Below, one piece after another: positions 8,000 to 19,156 of a stretch of 64,000 nt of DNA. Position 1 is the first letter of the stretch; the number at the start of each line of letters is the position of its first letter. This DNA is from an uncultured Alphaproteobacteria bacterium. GTDB taxonomy: Bacteria; Pseudomonadota; Alphaproteobacteria; HIMB59. The stretch lies in NCBI GenBank assembly GCA_902521465.1, contig CABYRL010000002.1, positions 58,777 to 122,776 on the forward strand, read 5' to 3'. Below the pieces are notes generated by a model that was not told the origin of the DNA, did no database searches, and was given only the letters and a program-made list of their open reading frames with translations. The translations under genes were made by a program, and so were the position numbers.

Positions 8000-9188
8000 C
8001 AATAATTTTAAAATATTTTTTTTTACCAATCTTGAGTATTTTTTTGTTATAAGACTTGTCAATCGTAAGATTAATATCGTTAATTTGGTAGTCGTCAATC
8101 TTTATACCACCACCCTCAATTAGCCTTTTTGCTTCAGATTTTGATGAGACCGTACTATTGGATGTTAGTGTATCTATGAGTTTCGAGTCTATTTTAAAGT
8201 TAATTTCATCAATATTATCGTAAGAATTATTTTCAAAAATTGATCTTGCTTTTTCTTCAGCCTCTTGTGCTGAGCTTTCTGAGTGACAATCTGTTGTCAC
8301 TAAATATGCTAATTTTTTTTTCGCATTATTGATATCTTCTTTAATTAATATTTTTATTTCTTCTTTATCTAAATCACTAAAAATAAGTAATAGTTTTTCC
8401 ACATCATTATCATCCACATTTCTCCAATACTGATAGAAATCATAAGAATTGTATTTATTTTGATCTATCCAGACAGCGCCTTGCTCGGTCTTGCCCATCT
8501 TCTTACCTGTAGAGGTAGTTAAAAGAGGTGTAGTAAGACCAAAAGCATCTTTTTTGTTTATTTTTGATATAATTTCCATACCCAAAACGATATTACCCCA
8601 TTGATCCGAGCCGCCAATTTGCAACTCACAATTTTCATGTTTATTTAAGTGAAGAAAATCATAACTTTGGAGTATCATGTAATTAAATTCTAAAAATGAT
8701 AATGATTGCTCTCTTTTAAGTCTCTCTTTTACACTCTCAAATGTAAGCATACGATTGATTGAAACTTGACTTCCCAAATCTCTCAATAACTCTATGTAAT
8801 TTAATTTATCAAGCCATTGATCATTATTTATAAATTTTATATTTTCTTTGAATTCTCTAAAATAATGTTCAAATATTCTTTTAAAATTCTCAATATTTTT
8901 TTGGATTGTTTCGTAAGTTAAAATTTGTCTTGAGGCATCTTTGCCAGAGGGGTCACCAATTTTTGTTGTACCTCCACCTAATAGTACTATAGCCTGATGA
9001 CCATGTTTGATTAGAGTCTTAATAGCTCTTAATTGAACAAGACTACCGGCATGTAATGCATCAGCAGTAGCATCAAATCCAATATAAAAAATAATTTTTT
9101 TCTTATTGAGTAAATTATTAAGTTCTATTTCATTAGTGCATTGATTGAATAGATTTCTATCTTTAAATAACTGTATATAATCTATCAT
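7992..9188 (-). CDS. tyrS: Tyrosyl-tRNA synthetase
   Basis: YIGFDATADALHAGS, GGGTTKIGDPSGK, QIGGSDQWGNI, KMGKT, S4-like C-terminus. Confidence 0.97.
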   Translation of the reverse strand: MIDYIQLFKDRNLFNQCTNEIELNNLLNKKKIIFYIGFDATADALHAGSLVQLRAIKTLIKHGHQAIVLLGGGTTKIGDPSGKDASRQILTYETIQKNIENFKRIFEHYFREFKENIKFINNDQWLDKLNYIELLRDLGSQVSINRMLTFESVKERLKREQSLSFLEFNYMILQSYDFLHLNKHENCELQIGGSDQWGNIVLGMEIISKINKKDAFGLTTPLLTTSTGKKMGKTEQGAVWIDQNKYNSYDFYQYWRNVDDNDVEKLLLIFSDLDKEEIKILIKEDINNAKKKLAYLVTTDCHSESSAQEAEEKARSIFENNSYDNIDEINFKIDSKLIDTLTSNSTVSSKSEAKRLIEGGGIKIDDYQINDINLTIDKSYNKKILKIGKKKYFKIIVK

Positions 9189-9221
9189 ATATAATAATTA
9201 ACATAATTTTATAGATATCAA

Positions 9222-10271
9222 ATGGAATATATCGCCCTCGGTTGCATGTCTGGTACTTCTTTAGATGGTATTGATTGTAGCTTGGTCAAATCTGATGGAG
9301 TTTCATATGTGACTGATATATCAAATGAATTCATTCCATATAGTGATGACCTGGAATTAAAATTACGTAATGTAATTTTGAAAGGATACTTAGACGATAC
9401 CAAAGTTATAAACCAGCTAAATCAAGAATATAAGGATTCTATAAACAATTTTATTAAAAAAAATAATTTCGAAATAGACTTAATTGCAATGCATGGACAA
9501 ACAATATATCACGATCAAAAAACAAAAATTTCAATACAACTATTTGATAAGAGTATTAGATTTAACACTAACTCTCCTGTTATATGTAACTTTAGAAAAA
9601 ATGATTTGTTAAATGGTGGTAATGGGGCACCAATAATGCCAGAATTCCACCGAGTCTTAGCTAATCAACTAAATTTAAAAAAGGTTATTTTTGTCAATAT
9701 AGGAGGTGTTACTAATATAACTGTAATTGATAACCAAAAAATTGCTGCTGGTGATAGTTCTTTTGGTAATGCCATCGTTAATGATTTAATTTATGAAAAA
9801 ACTAAAGAAAGATTTGATGTTGATGGTTCATTATCTAATAATGGTCAAAAAATTGATGTTCTATTTAAGAGAATAATAAGTGACAAGTATTTTTTAGAAA
9901 AACTTCCTAAATCTTTAGACAGAAATTATTTTCATAAATATATAGATTATTCTATTAAAGATAAAAATTTAAATGATTTAATTTATACATTACTTGAAGT
10001 TATTCCATTTGCTATTAATTCTTTGATTTCCTCGCAATCAGAATTCAAAATTATTTTAACGGGTGGTGGAAGAAAAAATCTAACTTTAAAAAAAATTTTT
10101 AGTAATTATTTTGATAATATTTCTTTAATTGATGATTTCCAAATAGATGGAGATTTTATAGAATCCCAAGGAATGGCATTACTTGGTATAAGATATATGC
10201 TAAAAAAACAATCTACATATTATGAAACTACAAAAGTTTTAAAAAATATTTACTTAGGTGAAAAGTGTTAG
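9222..10271 (+). CDS. anmK: Anhydro-N-acetylmuramic acid kinase
   Basis: GCMSGTSLDGID, HGQT, GNGAP, NIGGVTN, TGGGRKN; divergent from tyrS as usual in alphaproteobacteria. Confidence 0.93.
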   Translation: MEYIALGCMSGTSLDGIDCSLVKSDGVSYVTDISNEFIPYSDDLELKLRNVILKGYLDDTKVINQLNQEYKDSINNFIKKNNFEIDLIAMHGQTIYHDQKTKISIQLFDKSIRFNTNSPVICNFRKNDLLNGGNGAPIMPEFHRVLANQLNLKKVIFVNIGGVTNITVIDNQKIAAGDSSFGNAIVNDLIYEKTKERFDVDGSLSNNGQKIDVLFKRIISDKYFLEKLPKSLDRNYFHKYIDYSIKDKNLNDLIYTLLEVIPFAINSLISSQSEFKIILTGGGRKNLTLKKIFSNYFDNISLIDDFQIDGDFIESQGMALLGIRYMLKKQSTYYETTKVLKNIYLGEKC

Positions 10272-10924
10272 CTTTTGTGTTTTTGAATATACTTATTTAA
10301 AGTATTCATAAGAGGATCTAGCTTTCCCTCAAATAAGTGATTTGATTTTGAGATAGTTTCCATTGAAACTTCTGCATTTTTTTGTTTTTTAAATGTTTCA
10401 AAAAATTCTTTTAAATTATCTCTTTTTACTATTTCATCTTGTTCAGCTCTAACAATCAATGTTTTTATAGGACAGGGTGATAAAAAATTAAAATCGTACA
10501 AATTTACAGGTGGGGCTATTAAAATTAATCCATCTACTTCTGGTCTTCTCATTAGAGTTTGAAATCCAATCCATGCACCAAAGGAGAATCCTACAATCCA
10601 ACACGACCTAAAATCCTCATTTTTTTTTTGGAGCCAATCTAAAGAGACACTCGCATCATTTAGCTCTCCCTCTCCCTCAGTGAAGGCACCATCACTCTTG
10701 CCAACACCACGAAAATTTATTCTTAAAGTTGAAAAACCAGCATCTTTCATCACTTTAAATGCAGCATAATTAACTTTAGTGTCCATAGTTCCACCGTGTT
10801 TAGGATTAGGATGGAGAATTATAGCTATATTTGGTTTTTCTTGCTCACTAGGTGAGTATTTGGCTTGAAGTTTACCTTCGCCACCTTGTATAAATACTTC
10901 TGGCATAATTAAAGAAGAGATCAT
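10268..10924 (-). CDS. Alpha/beta hydrolase (conserved alphaproteobacterial Fe-S-locus neighbour)
   Basis: LHPNPKHGGTM, NFRGVGKSDG, GFSFGAWI, FQTLMRRPE, NHLF. Confidence 0.9.
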   Translation of the reverse strand: MISSLIMPEVFIQGGEGKLQAKYSPSEQEKPNIAIILHPNPKHGGTMDTKVNYAAFKVMKDAGFSTLRINFRGVGKSDGAFTEGEGELNDASVSLDWLQKKNEDFRSCWIVGFSFGAWIGFQTLMRRPEVDGLILIAPPVNLYDFNFLSPCPIKTLIVRAEQDEIVKRDNLKEFFETFKKQKNAEVSMETISKSNHLFEGKLDPLMNTLNKYIQKHKS

Positions 10925-10956
10925 AGATTACTTTTGATAAAAAAAGCAAGTTATAA

Positions 10957-12057
10957 ATGAATTCACTAGGTTTTAATAAAGATCCATCAAGCACAACAGT
11001 GGTGGTTGCTATGTCTGGTGGAGTGGACAGTTCTGTCACAGCTGGTCTATTAAAAAAAGAGGGATACAATGTTATAGGTATAACTCTTCAGCTCTATACT
11101 TCTAATAACTCTGCAAAAAAAGGTTCTTGTTGTTCAGGTCTTGATATTTATGACGCTAGAAGAGTTGCCCAAAAATTAGATATACCCCACTATGTATTTA
11201 ATTATGAAAAAACATTTAAATCAGATGTAATCGATTACTTTATCAACGCTTACGAAAATGGTGAGACACCCATACCTTGTGTTAAGTGTAATGAGACTGT
11301 TAAGTTTAGAGATTTAATGAACTTTGCAAAAAAATTAGAGGCAGATTGTATGGCAACAGGTCATTACATTAGAAGAAAAGGTAATATTAAAGATGCCCAT
11401 ATGTATAGGGCCGAGGATAAATCGAAGGATCAAAGTTATTTTTTATTTGCAACAACACAGGATCAGTTAGATTACCTAAGATTTCCTCTTGGTGAGATAT
11501 CTAAAGCAGAAACTAGAAAAATAGCAGAGGATCTTGGTCTTATCGTTTATGACAAGAAGGATAGTCAAGATATATGTTTCATTCCAGATGGAGATTATAA
11601 AAAATTTATTAAGTCAAATAAGAAGATAGGTGAAATACTCGACCTTTCAGGTAATGTTTTATCTTTTCATGACGGTATTCAAAATTTTACAGTTGGTCAA
11701 AGAAGAGGCTTAGGTATATCAAATGAAGACCCACTTTATGTTGTTGATATCATTAAAGATAAAAACCAAATAATTGTTGGTGATAAGAAAGATTTGTTAG
11801 GTAAATCCCTTTTATTAGGTGATTTGAATTTTATTATGCCAGAGTACGACCTTTCCAAAAAAACTGTTGAAATCCCTTGTAGTGCAAAAATTAGATCTTT
11901 ATCTGAACCAAAAAAGGGAAAACTTATTAAACAATCTACTTCCTACTCTTTTGAGTTTGATGAACCTGCAGAGGCAATTACCAAAGGTCAAGCTTGTGTT
12001 TTGTATGATAATGATAGGGTTTTAGGTGGTGGGATTATTAAACAGAAACTGAACTAA
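10957..12057 (+). CDS. mnmA: tRNA-specific 2-thiouridylase
   Basis: AMSGGVDSS, TPIPCVKCN, ATGHY, KDQSYFL, DSQDICF, TVGQRRGL, GQACV. Confidence 0.97.
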   Translation: MNSLGFNKDPSSTTVVVAMSGGVDSSVTAGLLKKEGYNVIGITLQLYTSNNSAKKGSCCSGLDIYDARRVAQKLDIPHYVFNYEKTFKSDVIDYFINAYENGETPIPCVKCNETVKFRDLMNFAKKLEADCMATGHYIRRKGNIKDAHMYRAEDKSKDQSYFLFATTQDQLDYLRFPLGEISKAETRKIAEDLGLIVYDKKDSQDICFIPDGDYKKFIKSNKKIGEILDLSGNVLSFHDGIQNFTVGQRRGLGISNEDPLYVVDIIKDKNQIIVGDKKDLLGKSLLLGDLNFIMPEYDLSKKTVEIPCSAKIRSLSEPKKGKLIKQSTSYSFEFDEPAEAITKGQACVLYDNDRVLGGGIIKQKLN

Positions 12058-12117
12058 TTAGGGTATTTACTCGTATTTTCTTGTAAAAATCCTTATTTAT
12101 CATATATATCGAGACCT

Positions 12118-13575
12118 ATGGCAGCTACAGATCAAACAATTAAACAAGTAAACACACTGGGTAGTAGTGATTACAAATATGGTTTTTCTACTGAAGTAGA
12201 CGAGATCCGACCTCCAAAAGGTTTAAATGAAGAAATAATAAAATTCATATCTGCCCAAAAAGATGAACCAGAGTGGATGCTTGAATGGAGACTAAATGCA
12301 TTTAAAGTCTTCAACAAATTACCGAAGCCTCAATGGGCTAAATTGAATATTCCAGAAATTGATTATCAAGATTGTTATTATTACTCAATACCTAAAAGTT
12401 TAAAAGATAAACCAAAGTCACTAGATGAAATAGACCCAGAAATACTAAAAACTTACGAAAAACTTGGTATTCCATTAAAAGAACAAAAAATGTTATCTGG
12501 TATAGCTGTTGATGCTGTTTTCGACTCCGTATCAGTTGCCACGACATATAAAAAACAACTGAGTGACTTAGGTATAATATTTTGTTCAATTTCTGAGGCA
12601 GTAAAAACTCACCCAGAATTAGTAAAAAAATATCTAGGAAGTGTAATTCCAGTATCAGATCATTCTTTCGCAGCATTAAACTCAGCCGTTTTCACTGATG
12701 GATCGTTTATTTACATTCCTGAGGGAGTAAGGTGCCCAGTTGAATTATCAACATATTTTAGAATTAATGCAATGAATACAGGTCAATTCGAAAGAACGCT
12801 TATCATTGCTGATAAAGACAGTTATGTGAGTTACCTAGAAGGCTGTACTGCACCAATGAGAGATGAAAACCAACTTCATGCTGCTAATGTAGAGTTAGTT
12901 GCCCTAGATAATGCTGAAATTAAGTATTCAACAGTTCAAAACTGGTACCCAGGAGATAAAGAGGGTAAGGGAGGCATCTACAACTTTGTAACCAAAAGAG
13001 GTGCCTGCAGAGGGAAAAATTCTAAAATATCTTGGACTCAAGTCGAGACAGGATCTGCAATTACATGGAAATATCCAAGCTGCATTTTACAAGGAGATAA
13101 CTCTAAAGGAGAATTTTATTCAGTAGCCATAACTAACAATATGCAACAAGCTGACACTGGCACAAAAATGATACACATTGGTAAAAACACGTCTTCTAAA
13201 ATCATATCAAAAGGCATCTCAGCTGGAAAAGCTAATAATACATATAGAGGCCTTGTAAATATTTTGTCGAAAGCCAAAAATGCGAGAAATTTTACTCAAT
13301 GTGACTCTCTATTAATAGGTAATCAATGTGGAGCTCACACAGTTCCATATATAGAGTCAAGTAATTCCGACTCAATGGTTGAGCACGAGGCCACAACCTC
13401 AAAAATTAACGAAGATCAATTATTTTACTGTCAGCAAAGAGGATTAAACAGTGAAGATGCAGTGGGGTTAATTGTGAATGGTTTTTGTAAAGAGGTACTT
13501 CAACATTTACCAATGGAGTTTGCTGTTGAAGCTCAAAAATTAGTCGCAATTAGCTTAGAGGGAAGCGTTGGATAA
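12118..13575 (+). CDS. sufB: Fe-S cluster assembly protein SufB
   Basis: [43 protein letters not shown]. Confidence 0.98.
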   Translation: MAATDQTIKQVNTLGSSDYKYGFSTEVDEIRPPKGLNEEIIKFISAQKDEPEWMLEWRLNAFKVFNKLPKPQWAKLNIPEIDYQDCYYYSIPKSLKDKPKSLDEIDPEILKTYEKLGIPLKEQKMLSGIAVDAVFDSVSVATTYKKQLSDLGIIFCSISEAVKTHPELVKKYLGSVIPVSDHSFAALNSAVFTDGSFIYIPEGVRCPVELSTYFRINAMNTGQFERTLIIADKDSYVSYLEGCTAPMRDENQLHAANVELVALDNAEIKYSTVQNWYPGDKEGKGGIYNFVTKRGACRGKNSKISWTQVETGSAITWKYPSCILQGDNSKGEFYSVAITNNMQQADTGTKMIHIGKNTSSKIISKGISAGKANNTYRGLVNILSKAKNARNFTQCDSLLIGNQCGAHTVPYIESSNSDSMVEHEATTSKINEDQLFYCQQRGLNSEDAVGLIVNGFCKEVLQHLPMEFAVEAQKLVAISLEGSVG

Positions 13576-14321
13576 TGTTAGAAATTAAAAACCTTCATGT
13601 CTCTATTGAAGAAAAAAAAATAATTAAAGGTTTGGATTTATCTATTAATAAAGGTGAAGTTCACGCACTTATGGGCCCCAACGGTTCTGGTAAAAGTACA
13701 CTCTCTTACGTGCTATCCGGTAAAGATAAATATGAAATAAATGATGGAACAATAGATTACAATGGTAAAAATTTATTGGAATTAGATGTTGATGAAAGAG
13801 CGAACGAGGGATTATTTCTTGCATTTCAATATCCAATGGAGATACCTGGTGTGCAAACTTCATTTTTTTTGAAAACAGCAATCAATTCTAAAAGAAAATA
13901 TTTAGGTCAAAGTGAAATGGACGCATTGGAATTTGCTAAATTAATGAAATCAAAAGCAGAAGAATTGAATATAAGTACTGAAATGCTCAAAAGAGATCTA
14001 AATGTTAACTACTCTGGTGGTGAAAAAAAGAAACAAGAAATTTTACAGATGTCTATGTTAAGTCCCAAAATGGCTATTTTAGATGAAACAGACTCCGGTT
14101 TAGATATTGATGCCTTAAGAATTGTCTCTGAGGGAGTAAATAAATTAAGAAATAGTGATAATTCTTTCTTAGTTATAACTCATTATCAAAGACTTTTAAA
14201 TTATATAAAGCCTGATTTTGTTCATATTATTGCAGATGGTAAAATCGTAAAATCTGGTGATTACTCTTTAGCTTTAGAGCTAGAAGAAAAAGGTTACGAA
14301 GAGATATCTCAAACTGCTTAA
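13575..14321 (+). CDS. sufC: Fe-S cluster assembly ATPase SufC
   Basis: GPNGSGKST, LAFQYPMEIPGV, SGGEKKK, LDETDSGLDID. Confidence 0.97.
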   Translation: MLEIKNLHVSIEEKKIIKGLDLSINKGEVHALMGPNGSGKSTLSYVLSGKDKYEINDGTIDYNGKNLLELDVDERANEGLFLAFQYPMEIPGVQTSFFLKTAINSKRKYLGQSEMDALEFAKLMKSKAEELNISTEMLKRDLNVNYSGGEKKKQEILQMSMLSPKMAILDETDSGLDIDALRIVSEGVNKLRNSDNSFLVITHYQRLLNYIKPDFVHIIADGKIVKSGDYSLALELEEKGYEEISQTA

Positions 14322-15421
14322 TGGAACTTGTATTAAATTTAGACAAGATACAATCTGAAAGTGTATCTCAATATGCTAAAGACATCTTAGATAATCAAAA
14401 CCCATATAAAAATTTTAAAATTGAAAATTATAAATACGCTCAACTTCATAAAGATGTCAAATCCGAAATCTTACTTAGAGATATAAATTTTTCTGAACTA
14501 TTAGATAATACTAAAAATATTACCTCTTCTATTTCAAATCCATTTGACTTAACAGCTAATTTAAATCTCTGGAATTACAATAATGAAGATAGCTTTTTTA
14601 GAGTTTCTTCTTTAGTAAAGAGGGAAACTAAATCTGTAAATTTAGATACATTTGATGAAAGAAATTTATTTTTAGATATTTCTCAAATAAATGAGAACAT
14701 ACATATATCTAAATCCTCTACAAACGAAGTCAATCTTATTATTTTTAATAGCAAATCAAATGATGAGTACCCTAAATCAATTTTCTTAGATTTATCTAAT
14801 AATTCTAAGTTAAATGTAGTTCACTTTAATGTTTCAAATAATAAATCTTTTTTATACTTTGAGACTAATTTACAAGACAACTCATATTTAAATTTTGTTT
14901 CTTTTCAATCAGATAATATCCATACAAGAAACGAGTTTTATGCTTCATTAAATCAAGAGTGTAACTTTGATTTATATGGTCTTAATATCAACAATTATGG
15001 TGTAAATGACAATTATTCTTTTATACAACATTTAAAACCCTCTTCATCAAGTAGAGAAGTTTTTAAATCTATTGTTGAAAAGGGCGCTATTACAAACTTT
15101 CAAGGAAAGATATATGTTGACTCTATTGCTCAGAAAACTGATGGATATCAAATGAGTAGATCATTGCTTTTAGATGACATATCGAAAGCCAATAATAAAC
15201 CAGAACTTGAAATTTATGCAGATGATGTAAAATGTAGTCACGGGTCTACTGTCTCCAAATTAGATGACGAGCAAATTTATTATTTTAAGTCCAGAGGTAT
15301 TGATAGCGAAATAGCTAAAAAAATATTAAAAAAAGCATTTATTGTTGAGATTATTGAGTCAATTAAAGACGATATGTTAAAGAATTATTCAAATGAGTTA
15401 ATTGAAAGTTTATTATCATGA
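14321..15421 (+). CDS. sufD: Fe-S cluster assembly protein SufD (divergent N-terminus)
   Basis: FQGKIYV, AQKTDGYQ, KPELEIYADDVKCSHGST. Confidence 0.93.
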   Translation: MELVLNLDKIQSESVSQYAKDILDNQNPYKNFKIENYKYAQLHKDVKSEILLRDINFSELLDNTKNITSSISNPFDLTANLNLWNYNNEDSFFRVSSLVKRETKSVNLDTFDERNLFLDISQINENIHISKSSTNEVNLIIFNSKSNDEYPKSIFLDLSNNSKLNVVHFNVSNNKSFLYFETNLQDNSYLNFVSFQSDNIHTRNEFYASLNQECNFDLYGLNINNYGVNDNYSFIQHLKPSSSSREVFKSIVEKGAITNFQGKIYVDSIAQKTDGYQMSRSLLLDDISKANNKPELEIYADDVKCSHGSTVSKLDDEQIYYFKSRGIDSEIAKKILKKAFIVEIIESIKDDMLKNYSNELIESLLS

Positions 15422-16626
15422 ATAATATTAAATTAGATTTTCCAATTTTAGATAAAAAGATCAGAGACAAAGCTATTACTTATCTTGACTCTGCAGCAAG
15501 CACTCAGAAACCCAAACAAGTAATTAACTCTATTTCTGAATTTTTAGAAAACTCTTATGAAAATGTTCATAGAGGAATGAATTCACTTAGTATAGATGCT
15601 ACAGATTTATATGAAAAATCTAGAGATGTAGCAAAAAGTTTTATTAATTCTAATTCTACAAATGAGATAATTTTTACAAGAGGAGCTACTGACTCTATAA
15701 ATATTATTGCTAATTCATTATCTGAACATCTTAAAGAGGGCGATAAGATTGTTGTAACTGAATTAGAACATCACTCAAATTATTTGCCTTGGATGAACTT
15801 ATGTAAAAAATTAGGTTTAGAATTAAAAATAATTCCTATTTCTAAAGATGGCATTTTATCTGAAGACGATATCATTAATAATTGTGATGACTCCACAAAG
15901 GTTCTCTCTTTAACACACATGTCAAATGTAACTGGCCAAATACTTGATATTAAAAAGATTAAAAAATCAATTAATAAAGATACTTATGTTGCCGTTGATG
16001 GTTGTCAATCAATAGCACACTTAAAAATTGACGTAAAAGATTTGGATTGTGATTTTTACTCTTTTTCATCTCATAAACTTTATGGTCCATCTGGTATTGG
16101 AATTTTGTATGGTAAAGAAGATATTTTAAATAAATTAAATCCTCCAACACTTGGAGGAGGGATGATCAATGAAGTTTCATCTAATGATTTTTCCTATGCT
16201 ATGTTACCCAATAAATTTGAACCGGGTACGCCTTCAATTGAGGCAGCAATTGGCTTTAAAACTGCTATGGAATATTTAAATAATAATAATTACCAAGACT
16301 ATTTTCTGAATGAAAAAAAACTCAGATCTACATTAATTAAAGCTTTACGTGAATTCAAAGAAGTAGATATATATGGCTCTAATGAAGATGGAAATGCTAC
16401 ATCCATTGTTTCTTTTAATATTAAAAACCAAAATTTTAATGATATTGCCACTTTTCTTGACCAGTATGGAATTATGATTAGAGGAGGTCACCATTGTTGC
16501 CAACCATTTATGAAAAAGTTAGGTATCCCTGGTTCTTGCAGAGTCTCTTTTGGTATTTATAACGATCTTAATGATATTGATCATTTTATAGACTCTTTGA
16601 AAAAAACTCTAAAACTTCTTCAATAA
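15418..16626 (+). CDS. sufS: Cysteine desulfurase SufS
   Basis: YLDSAASTQKP, SSHKLYGP (PLP Lys), RGGHHCCQP. Confidence 0.96.
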   Translation: MNNIKLDFPILDKKIRDKAITYLDSAASTQKPKQVINSISEFLENSYENVHRGMNSLSIDATDLYEKSRDVAKSFINSNSTNEIIFTRGATDSINIIANSLSEHLKEGDKIVVTELEHHSNYLPWMNLCKKLGLELKIIPISKDGILSEDDIINNCDDSTKVLSLTHMSNVTGQILDIKKIKKSINKDTYVAVDGCQSIAHLKIDVKDLDCDFYSFSSHKLYGPSGIGILYGKEDILNKLNPPTLGGGMINEVSSNDFSYAMLPNKFEPGTPSIEAAIGFKTAMEYLNNNNYQDYFLNEKKLRSTLIKALREFKEVDIYGSNEDGNATSIVSFNIKNQNFNDIATFLDQYGIMIRGGHHCCQPFMKKLGIPGSCRVSFGIYNDLNDIDHFIDSLKKTLKLLQ

Positions 16627-16629
16627 GCT

Positions 16630-17019
16630 ATGGATAATAAAACACTCTCTGACTTTATGCCAAAAGTAAGTTCTGAAGGTGAGATTACTTACGGAGAAAA
16701 ATTGTCATCACAGTCAGTGACATTAACAAATGATCATATAATCAAAGTTCTCACAGATATAAAAGATCCTGAAATGGATATGAATATTTATGATCTTGGT
16801 TTAATTTACGACATATCAATAGATAATTTTAACAATATTAAAATTATCATGACACTGACAACAGTTAACTGTCCAGTTGCTGATAGTTTTCCATTAGAGG
16901 TCGCTAAAAAAGTTCATGAACTAAATGATGTAGGACAAGTCATTATAAAACTAACCTTTCAACCACCATGGAATAAAGATATGATGAGTGAAAATGCAAA
17001 GTTAGCTTTAGGTTTTTAG
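16630..17019 (+). CDS. sufT: DUF59/SufT-type Fe-S assembly protein
   Basis: DPE...NIYDLGLIY, MTLTTVNCP, FQPPW..DMMSE. Confidence 0.9.
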   Translation: MDNKTLSDFMPKVSSEGEITYGEKLSSQSVTLTNDHIIKVLTDIKDPEMDMNIYDLGLIYDISIDNFNNIKIIMTLTTVNCPVADSFPLEVAKKVHELNDVGQVIIKLTFQPPWNKDMMSENAKLALGF

Positions 17020-17020
17020 T

Positions 17021-17356
17021 ATGACCAGTCCATTATTTTCATTATCCAAAACTGCTGAAGAACAAATTTCTAAATTATTAGTTAATAATAGTAATGCTAT
17101 TGGTTTAAAGATTGGCTTAAGTACTAAAGGTTGTGCTGGATTGAGTTATACAATGGAATATGTGAGTAATGATAACATACAAGGTTGTGAGCTAGTCAAT
17201 GATTACAAGTTTCCTCTTTATATTGAGGACAAAGCAGTTATGTATGTAATAGGCACAGAAATGGACTTTATTAAAGAAGAATTTGGAGAAAGGTTTATTT
17301 TTAAAAATCCTAATCAGACTAGTGAATGCGGTTGTGGTGAGAGTTTTCACGTTTAG
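17021..17356 (+). CDS. sufA: A-type Fe-S carrier (HesB/IscA/SufA)
   Basis: KGCAGLSY, NPN....CGCGESF. Confidence 0.93.
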   Translation: MTSPLFSLSKTAEEQISKLLVNNSNAIGLKIGLSTKGCAGLSYTMEYVSNDNIQGCELVNDYKFPLYIEDKAVMYVIGTEMDFIKEEFGERFIFKNPNQTSECGCGESFHV

Positions 17357-17368
17357 ATTTTAGTTATA

Positions 17369-18226
17369 TTGATGGCAATCTTATTGGGTATTCTCTCAGC
17401 TTTTAGTTTCGGTGTTGGAGATTTTTTAGCAAGATTTTCATCTAAGGAAGTTGGATTTAAAAATTCACTTTTTTGGATGCTGGTTGTTGGCTCAATATTT
17501 TATTTAATTTTATTTTATTTTTTTGGAAGTGGTCTTTCTCCAAATGCGATTGGTCTAAGTAATAGTTTCCTATCAGGAATTCTAATAATGTTTGGACTTC
17601 TTTGTTTGTACAGAGGTCTCCAAATGGGACCAGTGTCAATTGTAGCCTCGATAACAGCAACCAATCCCTTTTTTGTTTTTGTTATTAGATTTTTTTTAGG
17701 AAGTGAACCCACTCTTACTCAATGGATTGCCACACTTGTTGTAATATCCGGCGCAATATTTGTATCCATAAGCGCTGAGAGTTTTAAAGAAAGCCTAGGT
17801 TTGTCAAAAAAACAGATAAAAGAGTCTCTGATTGTGTCATTTATGGCCAGTGGCATGCTTGCTTTGGGTCTTATTTTTTCTCAAGAGGCCTCTAATTCTT
17901 TAGATCCAATTGAGGCTGTTATTTATGTAAGATTTTTTAGCTTATTGGGTATTGCTTCTTTATTATTTTTTATGAAGTCTAAAATAACTCTAACAAAGAA
18001 AGCAGTTCCTATTTTATTTTTTCAAGGAATATTAGAAACCACAGGTTATTTTTGTTTGGTCTCAGCATATGCTTTTGACAAAGTGAGTATTGCAGTAGTC
18101 ATTTCTTCAGGTTTTGGTCTTGTAACAGTTTTATTGGCTAGACTAGTTTTAAAAGAAAAAATATCTAAAATTCAAACTTTTGGCATCTCTTTAACTTTCA
18201 TTGGTGTTGTTGGTCTTACTATCTAA
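17369..18226 (+). CDS. EamA/DMT family transporter
   Basis: About 10 TM; YRGL..GPVSIV, LARLVLKEKI. Confidence 0.85.
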   Translation: MMAILLGILSAFSFGVGDFLARFSSKEVGFKNSLFWMLVVGSIFYLILFYFFGSGLSPNAIGLSNSFLSGILIMFGLLCLYRGLQMGPVSIVASITATNPFFVFVIRFFLGSEPTLTQWIATLVVISGAIFVSISAESFKESLGLSKKQIKESLIVSFMASGMLALGLIFSQEASNSLDPIEAVIYVRFFSLLGIASLLFFMKSKITLTKKAVPILFFQGILETTGYFCLVSAYAFDKVSIAVVISSGFGLVTVLLARLVLKEKISKIQTFGISLTFIGVVGLTI

Positions 18227-19115
18227 TTAAATTTTGAAGCCTCTTTTTATCAAAACGATATGAATTCATTGCTATAGCTAAGCAAATAATTATTCCTCCT
18301 ATAATTGTATTTATATCTGGTGTTTCATTGATACCCAGAATAGGTAGCCAAGCCCAAAAAATTCCTCCAACTACTTCTAATAAAGATAGCATTGTTAGTT
18401 CTCCCGAAAGTAATTTTTTTGAACCGATGCTAAACAGAATAAGCCCAGTTGCAACAATTAAACCGTGAGTCATGCTCAACAAAACATTTCTTAAAGGTAA
18501 ATAGATTTCTTGATTATTAAAAACCATTAAAAATGCGGAAATAGCTGCACAAAAAATTCCTGCATAAATTAAAATATAAAATTTTTTAAAGTTACTTTTG
18601 CTTCTCAAAGCAACGGTGAATGCTGAAAAGCCAAGACTTGATATAAAGCCCATAATTAATCCATACAACGATCCACTAAAGGCACTTGCATATATCATTA
18701 TTAAAGTACCAATAAACGCAATAATCATAGTTATAAAATTTTGTTTTGAGATTTTCTCATTAATAAACACTAGGGCAATTAATGATGCTAAAAAAGGCAT
18801 TAACGCCAACATAAATAGAGTAACTGCGGCAGTTGTATTGCTTATTGAATAAATAAAACCAACCATGGCTGTTGTTAAACTAAGACCACCAATCACAGAA
18901 ACTTTATCTATTTTGATTAAATTCATAAAAAAGTCTTTTTGCTCATTAAGAATAAGATATATGGCGATGATAATTGCAACTGTAAGCCCTCTAATAACAA
19001 GGTAGGGGAGTTGATAGATTTGAGGGTCTATCATATTTTTGACCACAAGCGGTCCAAAACTCCATATTAATCCACTTAAAACTACTATAATTACTGCCTT
19101 GATGTGGTCGCTCAT
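18219..19115 (-). CDS. EamA/DMT family transporter
   Basis: About 10 TM in two repeats; P.LASLIA..F.NEKI, GINETP. Confidence 0.85.
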   Translation of the reverse strand: MSDHIKAVIIVVLSGLIWSFGPLVVKNMIDPQIYQLPYLVIRGLTVAIIIAIYLILNEQKDFFMNLIKIDKVSVIGGLSLTTAMVGFIYSISNTTAAVTLFMLALMPFLASLIALVFINEKISKQNFITMIIAFIGTLIMIYASAFSGSLYGLIMGFISSLGFSAFTVALRSKSNFKKFYILIYAGIFCAAISAFLMVFNNQEIYLPLRNVLLSMTHGLIVATGLILFSIGSKKLLSGELTMLSLLEVVGGIFWAWLPILGINETPDINTIIGGIIICLAIAMNSYRFDKKRLQNLIR

Positions 19116-19156
19116 TTTAAGAAATTAACTTATTTTATAAATTAACTTTTTAATAG

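Noticed and set aside
9196-9223. dif-like site (AATTAACATAA resembles a XerD arm)
   Set aside because: The other arm does not match XerC, it overlaps the anmK start, and such 11-mers are expected in AT-rich DNA.
19122-19148. AAATTAACTT direct repeat as a CtrA box
   Set aside because: Spacing does not fit TTAA-N7-TTAA and the sequence is low complexity.
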